Assembly (NCBI GenBank): GCA_964019335.1
Contig: OZ025717.1
Coordinates: 428,669-492,668 of the forward strand
Reading direction: 5' to 3'
Length of the DNA stretch: 64,000 nucleotides
Source: Diplonema japonicum
Taxonomy: Eukaryota > Protista > Euglenozoa: Diplonemea
Shown here: positions 34,437-43,084 of the stretch, in pieces
Position numbering within the stretch: the stretch's first letter is position 1
Layout of the letters: each line of letters begins with the position of its first letter
Position numbers and translations under genes: made by a program
The notes under the pieces: generated by a model
What the model was told of the DNA's origin: nothing
The model's database searches: none
What the model saw: the letters and a program-made list of their open reading frames with translations, nothing else

Positions 34437-35120
34437 ATGCCGCCCACCCCAAATCGATATTTCACCCCAAATGAAGTGAAGCGCCACAACACCCCCAACG
34501 ACATGTGGGTCAGCGTCCTCGGGAAGGTCCTGGATCTGACAAGCTTGGTAGCTAAATATCCCTCACTCGACGCCCAACCTGTTATAAAGGAGGCCGGTCA
34601 AGACATCTCCCACTGGTTTGACACAAGCGTGACCCCACCCGACATCCGCAAGTGTGTGGATCTCAGTACAGGGCTCAAAGCATACCTGCAGCCAGGGGGG
34701 AAATTTATCCACGTCCCATCCCTTGCAGTAGACACCAAGATAGACCATGGCTACGACAAGCCATGGTGGGTGGACCCCAAGTATGTAGTTGGGTATCTCA
34801 CCGTTAAGCCCAGACTCATAAGAATCGTCAACACATTGACTACACACGAAACGACACTGGAAGTCTGCAGTGAAGAAACCCTCTATGATATCCAAACCAG
34901 GTACCTCACTGTCAATGCTCACGCACGGTCGTACACTTGGAAGCGGCAGGAGACCACTTCACGGGAGCTGGACATGTCTAAAACACTGGAGGAAAATAAC
35001 ATCCCGGACGAATCCGAGGAGTTTGCAAAGCTGGGCCTCCCCGATGATTATTACACACCAGCACTGCACATATATTTCGACGATGATCTGACTGTGGATG
35101 ATTGGCAAGCTCAGGCGTGA
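34437..35120 (+). CDS. CYB5D1: Cytochrome b5 domain-containing protein 1-like
   Basis: RYFTPNEVKRHN, AGQDISHWFD, VNAHARSYTWK, YYTPALHIYFDDDLT. Confidence 0.9.
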   Translation: MPPTPNRYFTPNEVKRHNTPNDMWVSVLGKVLDLTSLVAKYPSLDAQPVIKEAGQDISHWFDTSVTPPDIRKCVDLSTGLKAYLQPGGKFIHVPSLAVDTKIDHGYDKPWWVDPKYVVGYLTVKPRLIRIVNTLTTHETTLEVCSEETLYDIQTRYLTVNAHARSYTWKRQETTSRELDMSKTLEENNIPDESEEFAKLGLPDDYYTPALHIYFDDDLTVDDWQAQA

Positions 35121-35291
35121 ACATGATAGGGAAAAAAAAAAAAAAAGAAAAAAAATCGTGAATAACGAAATTTTGTGTAAAAAAAAAAAATTCTTTTTTT
35201 TTTTATAGTGGTGCAAAAAATCAACAAAGGAAGGGGAGGGGGTGTGGGAGGAAGAGAAGTATCTTCACGGAGAAAAAAAAATACAAAAAAA

Positions 35292-35705
35292 ATGCTTCGA
35301 CGTCTTGCCATGGGCACTGGGATGCAAGCAAGGTATTGCCAGACATTTACCCACGCACAGTACATGCAGTATATCACAAGGACGTTGGACGGGGTGTGCG
35401 ATGTGCTTGACGTGGAGGCAGACGGCAATGAATCAATTGAGGACATCGTGCCGTCGGAGGGTGTGCTTGAGATAGTTCTGAATGGCACTGGCACCTACGT
35501 CCTCAACAAACAGGCACCGAAGGAAGAACTCTGGCTGTCGTCACCCATCTCGGGTCCGTTCCAGTTCAGATGCGTGCCTAAGGGCGGTGAGGTGCACTGG
35601 ATAGACGAAAAAGGGCAGACGCTCAACAACGTTCTGGGAGGAGAGCTTTCCGATGTTCTCGACACAAAAATTGAGTTCCCCGCAGTGAAAGCAGGAACCG
35701 CATAA
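35292..35705 (+). CDS. FXN: Frataxin (mitochondrial)
   Basis: MLRR presequence; GTYVLNKQAPKEELWLSSPISGP signature. Confidence 0.93.
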   Translation: MLRRLAMGTGMQARYCQTFTHAQYMQYITRTLDGVCDVLDVEADGNESIEDIVPSEGVLEIVLNGTGTYVLNKQAPKEELWLSSPISGPFQFRCVPKGGEVHWIDEKGQTLNNVLGGELSDVLDTKIEFPAVKAGTA

Positions 35706-35804
35706 GAAAAAAAATTCCTTGATTCTTCCCCCCCCCCCCCGTCATAGAACTTTTTTTAATATCATTATATTATTCAAAGGAGAAAAAAAAAAGAGAAAAC
35801 AATA

Positions 35805-36725
35805 ATGGCAGCCCAACATGCACCCCTCCCTACTCCCGTCGAGCAAGCGTCGATGGGTGTCCCCAAGCAACGGAAGCTGCAAAAGATGACGTTTGTGCAA
35901 GAAGTCGGATCGAAGATGTTCGCTGGTTCTGTGGCAGGGGTGGTGGGTGTCACAAGCTGCTACCCCATCGATTTTGCCAAAACTCGTTTACAAAAACCAC
36001 TTCCGGGTGAGCCTCCTTATCTAGGCCTTGCCGATGTGTTGAAAAAGGTGAAGGCGAAACATGGCGCGGCGGGGTGGTACAACGGACTGAGACCAAACCT
36101 AACCGGCATCATCCCCGAAAAAGGTTTGAAACTCGCAGTCTTTGACTTGGTCAGAGACCACCTCAGAGACGCGAACGGGAAAATATCATTCAAAAGCGAA
36201 CTGACAGCAGCGGTGTCTGCAGCAGTGGCACAGGTTGTCATAACAACGCCTATGGAAATCGTGAAGATACGATGCCAGCTGACAGGGAAGACGATGCTCC
36301 CTGTGATAAGAGATCTAGGCCTGCGTGGGATGTACAAGGGGTACGTGTCCACATTGTCAAGAGATGTGTGTTTCAATCTTATCTTCTTCCCCATGCAATC
36401 GTTCCTTAAGGGATGGAGCATCACTGCCGCCACTCCTGAATCGCGAAAGCTACTCTACTCCTTCCTCTCGGGGATCACCGCAGGCATGTTTGCTGCGTCA
36501 CTTTCCACTCCTGCAGACGTTGTAAAGACTCGTCTCCAAGCAGGTGACAGCGGCTCGATTGCCTCTGTGACATCCAACATCATCAAGAATGAAGGGGCGT
36601 CCGCTCTCTTCCTAGGCCTCGGCCCGCGTGTTGCTGCCATCGCTCCGCTCTTCGGTATTGCGATTTGTGTTTATGATGTGCAGAAACGTCTTTTACTGAA
36701 TCTTGGATACGATGTGCCTATGTGA
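35805..36725 (+). CDS. Mitochondrial carrier (SLC25), glutamate-carrier-like
   Basis: Three PxDxxK repeats; NLTGIIPEKGLKLA resembles glutamate/aspartate carriers. Confidence 0.88.
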   Translation: MAAQHAPLPTPVEQASMGVPKQRKLQKMTFVQEVGSKMFAGSVAGVVGVTSCYPIDFAKTRLQKPLPGEPPYLGLADVLKKVKAKHGAAGWYNGLRPNLTGIIPEKGLKLAVFDLVRDHLRDANGKISFKSELTAAVSAAVAQVVITTPMEIVKIRCQLTGKTMLPVIRDLGLRGMYKGYVSTLSRDVCFNLIFFPMQSFLKGWSITAATPESRKLLYSFLSGITAGMFAASLSTPADVVKTRLQAGDSGSIASVTSNIIKNEGASALFLGLGPRVAAIAPLFGIAICVYDVQKRLLLNLGYDVPM

Positions 36726-38084
36726 GGTGTGGAATATAGGGAAATGTAAAAGGGTAGTGGGTTAGGGGATTTTTTTTTTTTTTTTCCTTCTTTTTTTTTG
36801 AGGAACAAAAACAAAAAAAAATAAAATAAAAAAAAAGCATAGAGAGGGGGTTGCGCGATGGACTTGTTGTCCTTTAGCTGCACCTCCCCCTTTTTTTTTC
36901 ACTGTTGGTAGATGGGGGGAGCAAAAAAAAATGTGTATCGGTGTGGCCCTAAAACAAAATGTTTAAACCCCCCCCCCCCCCCCCCCCAATGGCACAAGTT
37001 AGTTGCGCTAGGACTTTGTGCATATAAAAAAGTTATGTAAACTACACTGTCATTTTTTTTTTCCCTTTTCTTTTTTGAGTTATAAACTACTTCCAAACAA
37101 CGGCCACTTCCTCTTTTGATTCATCCAAAGAAAAAAGAGGGAAACAAAAAAAAAACCCCCTATTTCGTCTTTGCTTGGGGTATTGTTCCTGTATTGTGGG
37201 GAAAGAGAGTGCACACGCATATTATTTTTTTTTTATCGTATTTTTTTTTTTTTTAATTTAGAAAGAGCAAATATCTAGGGGTAAAAAGGGGGGGGGAGAA
37301 TGAAGGGGGAATTCTTTTATACAGGTTTAAAGCGGGGCAAAAAAAAAAAAAAAAAAAAAAAAAAAAGATAACAGTGAAAATGGAAACTTCCTCCTGCTGG
37401 CAGAAAGCAGGGTTTATCATTTTCCTCTATTTTATCTTGTCCACAGTAAAAGTGTTTCGCCGTGTTGCCTAGGACCTGCACATCACGTACAGTGCTTGCA
37501 TGCGTACTCTTAGTAGTTATTCTTTTTTTTTCCTTTCCCCCCTCCCGCCCCCCCTTTTTTTTTCTTTCTTCCCCCATTCCTTTCTTGATCTCACGATCCT
37601 GAATTACTGTCAATATTAAGGGGAGAAGAACGGAAGAAATGCAAGGAGGGGGGGGGGGGGAATGACGCAAATTTTTGATTACCCTCTATTCTTGTTTAAG
37701 TGAGGGTGCTTCTTTTTTTTTTTAATTTTGCTATTTTTGCTTTTTTCAAAAAAAACTCCCCCTCTATATTGCCCCCCCCTCCTAACCTTCCTTCCCCCTT
37801 TTCCTCGTCCTTGCTCTTCTTAAATACAATTTCACATTTGCGTTTTAACAAGACAATTTAAGAGGGTGTGGGTGGGAGAGGAAGAATTAAAAAAAAAAGG
37901 AGGAGATTCGAAAGGGGAGGGTGGGTTGTTGTGGTCACCCCTTCTCTTTTCCTGTTTATATTTCTCCCTCCTCTTGCTAGCCTCTTCATACCCCCTTTTT
38001 TTTCCTCCCCTGCAGGTGGAAGTTGTTGTTGCTTACACTTCCTCTTAGTGCCCCCCCCCCCCCCTTTAAATCTATGTTTGCATG

Positions 38085-38212
38085 GGAAGCGTTTCCGTTT
38101 CCTTTTATTTTCCAGATATTTTAGGGAAACGCGTTCCCTTCTTTTAAGGAAACGTTTCAAGAGAAAAAAAAGAAGTTTTTGGAAACGTGTTTTTCTTTGC
38201 CAGCATAGCCTT
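38085..38212 (-). mobile_element. Degenerate partial copy of the 1537-1726 MITE
   Basis: GGAAACGTGTTTTTCTTTGCCAGCATAGCCT resembles the reverse complement of 1541-1570. Confidence 0.6.
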
Positions 38213-39023
38213 AACTCCCTTCCAAGAAAAAAAAAGAACATTTGGAACTTGTGCGTAAGGGATCTGATCTAACTTTACCGGTTGTTGTTGTTTTTTTTTT
38301 ATTCTCCTTCTTCTGAGTAACCCACAAACCAAGGGTTGCGTGATTTTCTTTCAAAAAGAAAAAACACCCCCCCCCCCTCCCCGTTCACTGTTTGACAGAG
38401 GTGAAGCCACGAAAGTACGAAAGAGTACATTAAAAGGGGACCCCCCCCCCCCCCCCCCCACACTTACAACTCCGGAGAAGGAGGGTCTATTGAGTCCCGA
38501 CCGAGCGAATTAAGAGGTTTGTGGTACTTCGGTACTACCTCTTTTCTTCTTCATGGGAAGAAAATTACCCCCCCCCCCCCACCCACCGATTTACCACGCT
38601 AAAGAGAAGTTGAAATTGGGAGAAGGGTACAGGGGAAGGAAAAAAAGGGGGAAGTGTGCTTTTTTTCTTCTAGAATTTCCTTTAATCAGGTGGGTGGTCG
38701 CATAAAAAAAGAAAAAAAAGAAAAACCCCAAAGCGGATCCCCCCCCCCTCCACCCGATATTACTTCATACCCCCCCCTTCCTGATTTTTTTAAAAAATCC
38801 TTTTCTGTTTTTTTTTTATTACCCATTTTTTTCTGTTTCATTTATTTTCTCTTTCTTTTTCCTTTAAATAATTTAAAAAAAAAAACCTTCTTTAAAATTT
38901 GTTCCGCATGTGCCCTTATCCCTCTTTGTTACCCCTATTCATTATTATCTTTTGAACACAAACACAAGAAACGTTCTGAAGGAGGCGGAGGGTAAAAGAA
39001 AAAAATATATATAAAAAAAGAGA

Positions 39024-41528
39024 ATGCCAACCAGTCTAGAAGAACTCCACAAGCAGTTTCTGCAGTCCGTTTCTGAAAGTACGACTACGAATGATGTGTA
39101 CAGCAAGCTGCTGAACTGTTTCAACAAGAATACTGTAAAGTCCCCTGATTACTTATTGAACCTCGCGGTTTTTTTCGAAATGTGCGGCAAGGGCTCGACT
39201 TCCATCTCAGAATTTCTCGAGAGAGATAAACAATACGGAAAAGCAAAGAACTACGCAGGGGAAACCGCAGTCCACATAGCATGCAGTGAAGGCCACGTTT
39301 CTATTCTAAAAACTCTTATGACCCACGGGTGCTTGGAATCTTCATCCCTCACGATCCCCGACAACGAGGGGTACACACCTTTGAAGAAGGCGGTACTGAA
39401 CGGGCACACCAATATTCTGGGATACCTAAAAGAGGTCAATGTCTGCGAAACTGACCTCAGCAAGTGTGCCGCCATGATTAGTCGGTCGCACAAGGTGTCG
39501 ATCCTTAACTATTACGCGTCCGAAGGGAACACCAATGCCTTGAAGAGGCTCGTTGATGCTCAGTACAAGCTTGACAGGCTCGACACAGATGGCCGCACTG
39601 CCCTCCATGTCGCCGCTGAGACAGGCAACACCTCTACTGTGATCATGTTGCTCTCCAACGACGCGAACCCCAACCTAGTCGACAGATGGGGGAACACGCC
39701 GCTGGACTGCGCGGAGGCAAACCTTCATGTGTCGGTGCAGTCCGTGTTGAGGTCCAAAGGTGGGAAGCATTCGGAAGAACTGTCGTCTGACGAGTTCCCT
39801 TCCGAGCAGACTAATGACACAGTAAGCAGTCCTGTGCAGATGACATCCCGTCTGGGCTTCACCCACGAGAAATTCATTAAGGCAGCTGCCGGGAGAAAGC
39901 TCAGCATCATGAAGTCTGTTTTAAAGGGTTCACCACAGCTGTTGAATGCGACTGACTACGACGGGCGGTCCGCCCTGCACCTGGCGTCTGAGGAAGGGCA
40001 TCTTGACGTGGTTCAGTTCCTGCTCGCAGAGGGGTGCGATGTGAACGTCAAGGACAGGTGGGGGTCCACACCCTTCGTCGGTGCACTGCACAACACACAC
40101 AATGATATCGCGGACTGCCTGCTAGACAACGGTGCTGTCCAGGAGCGCAGCGAACCGGCATCCTGCGCAACATACCTCCGCCACGCAAAGGACTTCTTCG
40201 ACTCCGTTGCAGAGAGTGCAGGCCTTTCCCCAACAGACATCATACCCCTCACCGCTCTCCTGGATTACCTCAAATCCTCATACGGCTTGTACCTCTCCAA
40301 GCACGCCGTTCTGCAGAAAGAAGTAGATGAGCTATCCCTTTCCTACAAGTCACAGGAAGCCCAGAAAATCCTGTTGCATGCGGAGCCCAGTATCCTGTCG
40401 AAGATCCCCGACGGCCGTGTTGTGACGTGGGAGTCCTTCGCAGACTTCACCCTGAAGGACGTCCCGGGGTACAACCCGCAAGGCGAGCGGGAGTTCGAGC
40501 ATGATACCAACACACTGGCGAAGTGTGTCTTGAAAAAACTGAGCATAGGAAAATGGGAGGCGTTTGTCGGAAATCTGCAACAGTTGGTCAACGATGTGCT
40601 GGAGGGCGGCAACGAGGAGGGGGAAACGGCGCAGTACGTCCCGGAGCTGAAGAACGCCGATCCGAACAAGTTTGCAGTGTCCGTGTGTACAGCGGAGGGG
40701 CAGCGGTGCCACTTTGGGGACACAGACACGATGTTCCCTGTGCAATCTGTGGGGAAGACCTTTGCGTATTCCCAGGCATTGTCGACTGTGGGTGTCACAG
40801 AGTTGCACAAACATGTAGGCCAGGAGCCGTCGGGGAGGTCGTTTAACGATTTCGCTCTAACAAAGAACGGTGTCCCTTACAACCCTGTTACGAACAGCGG
40901 TGCCATTGTCACCTGTTCCATGCTGAACCACGCAGAGCCTGACCTCGACAATCGCCTGTTTCCCTACAAACAGCTGCTGTCTGACATGTCAGGCGGGTTG
41001 TCTATCGGGGACTGCATGGATGTCTACCACTCGGAGCAGCAGTGTGCCTTCCGGAATTACGCACTGGCCAACCACATGAAGGCAGAAGGCGTGTTCCCTG
41101 ACTACGTTAACACGCACGACAAGCTCTCTGCTGCGGTAAACTTCTATTTGCGAGTGTGCTCCACGGAGGTCTCGACCCCCATTCTTGCTAACATCGCAGC
41201 AACGTATGCCAACTATGGTGTGTGTCCCTTGAACGGCAAAACCTGTCTCCGTGAGTCTGAGGTCAAGCAGACACTACAGATCCTCTCATCTTGCGGTATG
41301 TATGACTATTCTGGTGAGTGGGCATGCACAATTGGCATGCCTGCAAAGAGCGGCGTTTCTGGTGCAATCTTTGTCGTGATCCCTGGAGTGCTTGGCATGT
41401 CTGTGTTCTCCCCGCGTTTGGATGAGATCGGGAACAGCGTGCGTGGGATCAAGTTCTGCGAAGCGTTTTCCGAAAAGTTCCGGTTCTCCAACCTTGATTT
41501 GTTGTTGAGGCAAGCCGACAATGTTTAG
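39024..41528 (+). CDS. GLS: Glutaminase with N-terminal ankyrin repeats
   Basis: FPVQSVGK (catalytic SxxK), GQEPSGRSFN, CGMYDYSGEW, GMPAKSGVSG, GNSVRG; multiple ankyrin repeats upstream. Confidence 0.93.
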   Translation: MPTSLEELHKQFLQSVSESTTTNDVYSKLLNCFNKNTVKSPDYLLNLAVFFEMCGKGSTSISEFLERDKQYGKAKNYAGETAVHIACSEGHVSILKTLMTHGCLESSSLTIPDNEGYTPLKKAVLNGHTNILGYLKEVNVCETDLSKCAAMISRSHKVSILNYYASEGNTNALKRLVDAQYKLDRLDTDGRTALHVAAETGNTSTVIMLLSNDANPNLVDRWGNTPLDCAEANLHVSVQSVLRSKGGKHSEELSSDEFPSEQTNDTVSSPVQMTSRLGFTHEKFIKAAAGRKLSIMKSVLKGSPQLLNATDYDGRSALHLASEEGHLDVVQFLLAEGCDVNVKDRWGSTPFVGALHNTHNDIADCLLDNGAVQERSEPASCATYLRHAKDFFDSVAESAGLSPTDIIPLTALLDYLKSSYGLYLSKHAVLQKEVDELSLSYKSQEAQKILLHAEPSILSKIPDGRVVTWESFADFTLKDVPGYNPQGEREFEHDTNTLAKCVLKKLSIGKWEAFVGNLQQLVNDVLEGGNEEGETAQYVPELKNADPNKFAVSVCTAEGQRCHFGDTDTMFPVQSVGKTFAYSQALSTVGVTELHKHVGQEPSGRSFNDFALTKNGVPYNPVTNSGAIVTCSMLNHAEPDLDNRLFPYKQLLSDMSGGLSIGDCMDVYHSEQQCAFRNYALANHMKAEGVFPDYVNTHDKLSAAVNFYLRVCSTEVSTPILANIAATYANYGVCPLNGKTCLRESEVKQTLQILSSCGMYDYSGEWACTIGMPAKSGVSGAIFVVIPGVLGMSVFSPRLDEIGNSVRGIKFCEAFSEKFRFSNLDLLLRQADNV

Positions 41529-41681
41529 TAAGCAGCTAACGTTGCTATCTGTTTGGGCACACTGCATTTTATTTTTACGTTAGTGTACTTTTCTTATTCT
41601 TCATGTGATCATGCCTAGAGGGAGGGGTCCGAACACCTGGAGAAGCTGATATCTTTCAAATGGTAGTCGAGAGTAAACGAG

Positions 41682-41744
41682 ACTGCTTGGTTTCTCATCA
41701 GAGTTGATTGGTACTTTCCTGAGGCTATCCTCTTTGCGAGAAAA
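41682..41744 (+). ncRNA. Putative single-hairpin AGA-box snoRNA family Z (also 42866-42933, 47206-47271)
   Basis: Three near-identical ~63-nt copies whose conservation ends at ...CTTTGCG-AGA-nnn; flanks diverge. Confidence 0.55.
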
Positions 41745-41766
41745 CAAAAAAATAGTGAAAAGACAG

Positions 41767-41859
41767 ATGATGACAACACTTTTATAATTTGGCAATTTGC
41801 GTGTGAAGTCCCTCAACAGGCCTCCTGATCACATTTATATTCTTAGAAGACGAGACTGA
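41767..41859 (+). ncRNA. 93-nt box C/D snoRNA, copy 1 (others 42354-42446, 45179-45271, 47310-47402, 47877-47969)
   Basis: Box C RTGATGA, internal CTGA, terminal box D CTGA preceded by TTAGAAGACGAG, antisense to the conserved LSU segment CCUCGUC(A/U)UCUAA. Confidence 0.88.
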
Positions 41860-41897
41860 TATCCTTTGTGCAAAAAGGGGAGTTGAGGTAGCAGGGC

Positions 41898-41961
41898 GTC
41901 CAACCGGACCGTGGGGTGCCTCCTAAGTGGCACACACCACTAGGAATTGTTGGGCAGATGA
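41898..41961 (+). ncRNA. Single-hairpin AGA-box H/ACA-like snoRNA family Y (also 42133-42194, 47019-47080, 47441-47504, 47675-47736)
   Basis: Basal stem CCAAC/GTTGG, internal loop GGACC/TAGGA, apical stem with compensatory changes between two variants (GTGG/CCAC vs ATGG/CCAT), then AGA + 3 nt. Confidence 0.8.
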
Positions 41962-42246
41962 GAAAAAGAAGAAGAAGAAGAAGAAGAGAAAGGATGGAAC
42001 AAAGTAAGGACACGACGAGTTACTTTGGCGGGAGAGTGCTGCCTGTGCAGTCCCTCGTCACGCCCTTGTCGCAGAGGTGCTGTTGCTTGCAGGAGAAGTC
42101 CTTGTTGACAGGAAGAAGTAGTTGAGAAGCCACCCAACAGGACCATGGGGTGCTTCCCTGTAGCACACACCATTAGGATTCGTTGGGAAGATTTGATGAT
42201 TCCAACCAGCGATTGTTTTTTTTTTTTTTTTTTTTTTTTTTTTTGA

Positions 42247-42313
42247 GCCACATCATGCCTTAGCCTGACTGAGCCCACTGTGCACTGATCGGTCACCGAT
42301 GATGGCGAGACCT
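42247..42313 (+). ncRNA. Single-hairpin AGA-box H/ACA-like snoRNA family X (also 42767-42833, 46822-46888, 47106-47172, 47770-47836)
   Basis: GCCA/TGGC basal stem, TGACTGA/TCGGTCA inner stem, AGA + 3 nt; five conserved 67-nt copies. Confidence 0.7.
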
Positions 42314-42496
42314 GCTTCCTGGTGTCATCCATTGTTCTTGGAAAGAAAGACGAATGATGACAACACTTTTATAATTTGGCAATTTGCGTGTGAAGTCCCT
42401 CAACAGGCCTCCTGATCACATTTATATTCTTAGAAGACGAGACTGATATCCTTTGTGCAAAAGGGGGAGACAATCATCACAAAATTACAAATCAAA

Positions 42497-42698
42497 CCCT
42501 CGACTGAATCTTTGGATGGGAGGCACCCTTTGTCACCGTGGTGCACAGCTCCCCGCTGATCGGCTCGTAAAGCAAGTCAACAGAGGGGTGGGGGGGGTCA
42601 AACCCCCCTTTCCCTTTGCTGCGGTACATATATTCTATCCCTGCCTCAATGCTTAAAAGGCTCTTACGTGGCATGGGACAACCATGTGTCATACATTT
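42497..42698 (+). ncRNA. U17/snR30-like H/ACA processing snoRNA, copy 1
   Basis: 5' hairpin, box H AAAGCA, internal G/C hairpin, 3' hairpin with m1-like ATATTCTA and m2-like CAACCAT, box ACA + TTT. Confidence 0.85.
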
Positions 42699-43084
42699 TT
42701 AAAAACAATTTTTTTTTCTTCCATTGGTATCAAAAACAACATTGGAAAATGAATAGCATTTCTCGAGCCACATCATGCCTTAGCCTGACTGAGCCCACTG
42801 TGCACTGATCGGTCACCGATGATGGCGAGACCTGCTTTTTTTCCCGTCCCACAAGAAATGAATGGAAAGCACTGCTTGGTTTCTCATCAGAGTTGATTGG
42901 TACTTTCCTGAGGCTATCCTCTTTGCGAGAATAATGCGAAGATAATATACCCGGGACTGTGACAGACCTGAAGGGACTTCGTCAAAAAACAACAACAAAA
43001 ACAACCATTCAAAAAAAAAAAAAAGGATTCACGAAAACAAAGAACAAATAAAAAAAAAAAAAAAAAAAAAAAAGGAGGGAAACC

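Noticed and set aside
33100-39000. Poly-Lys/poly-Phe ORFs in spacers (also 1968-2283, 4858-5261, 48950-49800)
   Set aside because: Products of A/T homopolymer runs, whose lengths may also be sequencing-error prone
42194-42271. TGATGA...CTGA as another C/D snoRNA
   Set aside because: Spans a variable poly-T run, and the CTGA belongs to hairpin family X, which occurs elsewhere without this C box
42550-42560. 11-nt complement (TCCCCGCTGAT) to LSU AUCAGCGGGGA in the U17-like 5' hairpin
   Set aside because: It partly lies in a stem, and a match this short is plausible by chance against several kb of rRNA
42866-42933. Family Z as SLA1 (AAAGC start, GCGAGA end)
   Set aside because: No GAAACTG-type pocket complementary to a kinetoplastid-like spliced leader; not supportable without the organism's SL sequence
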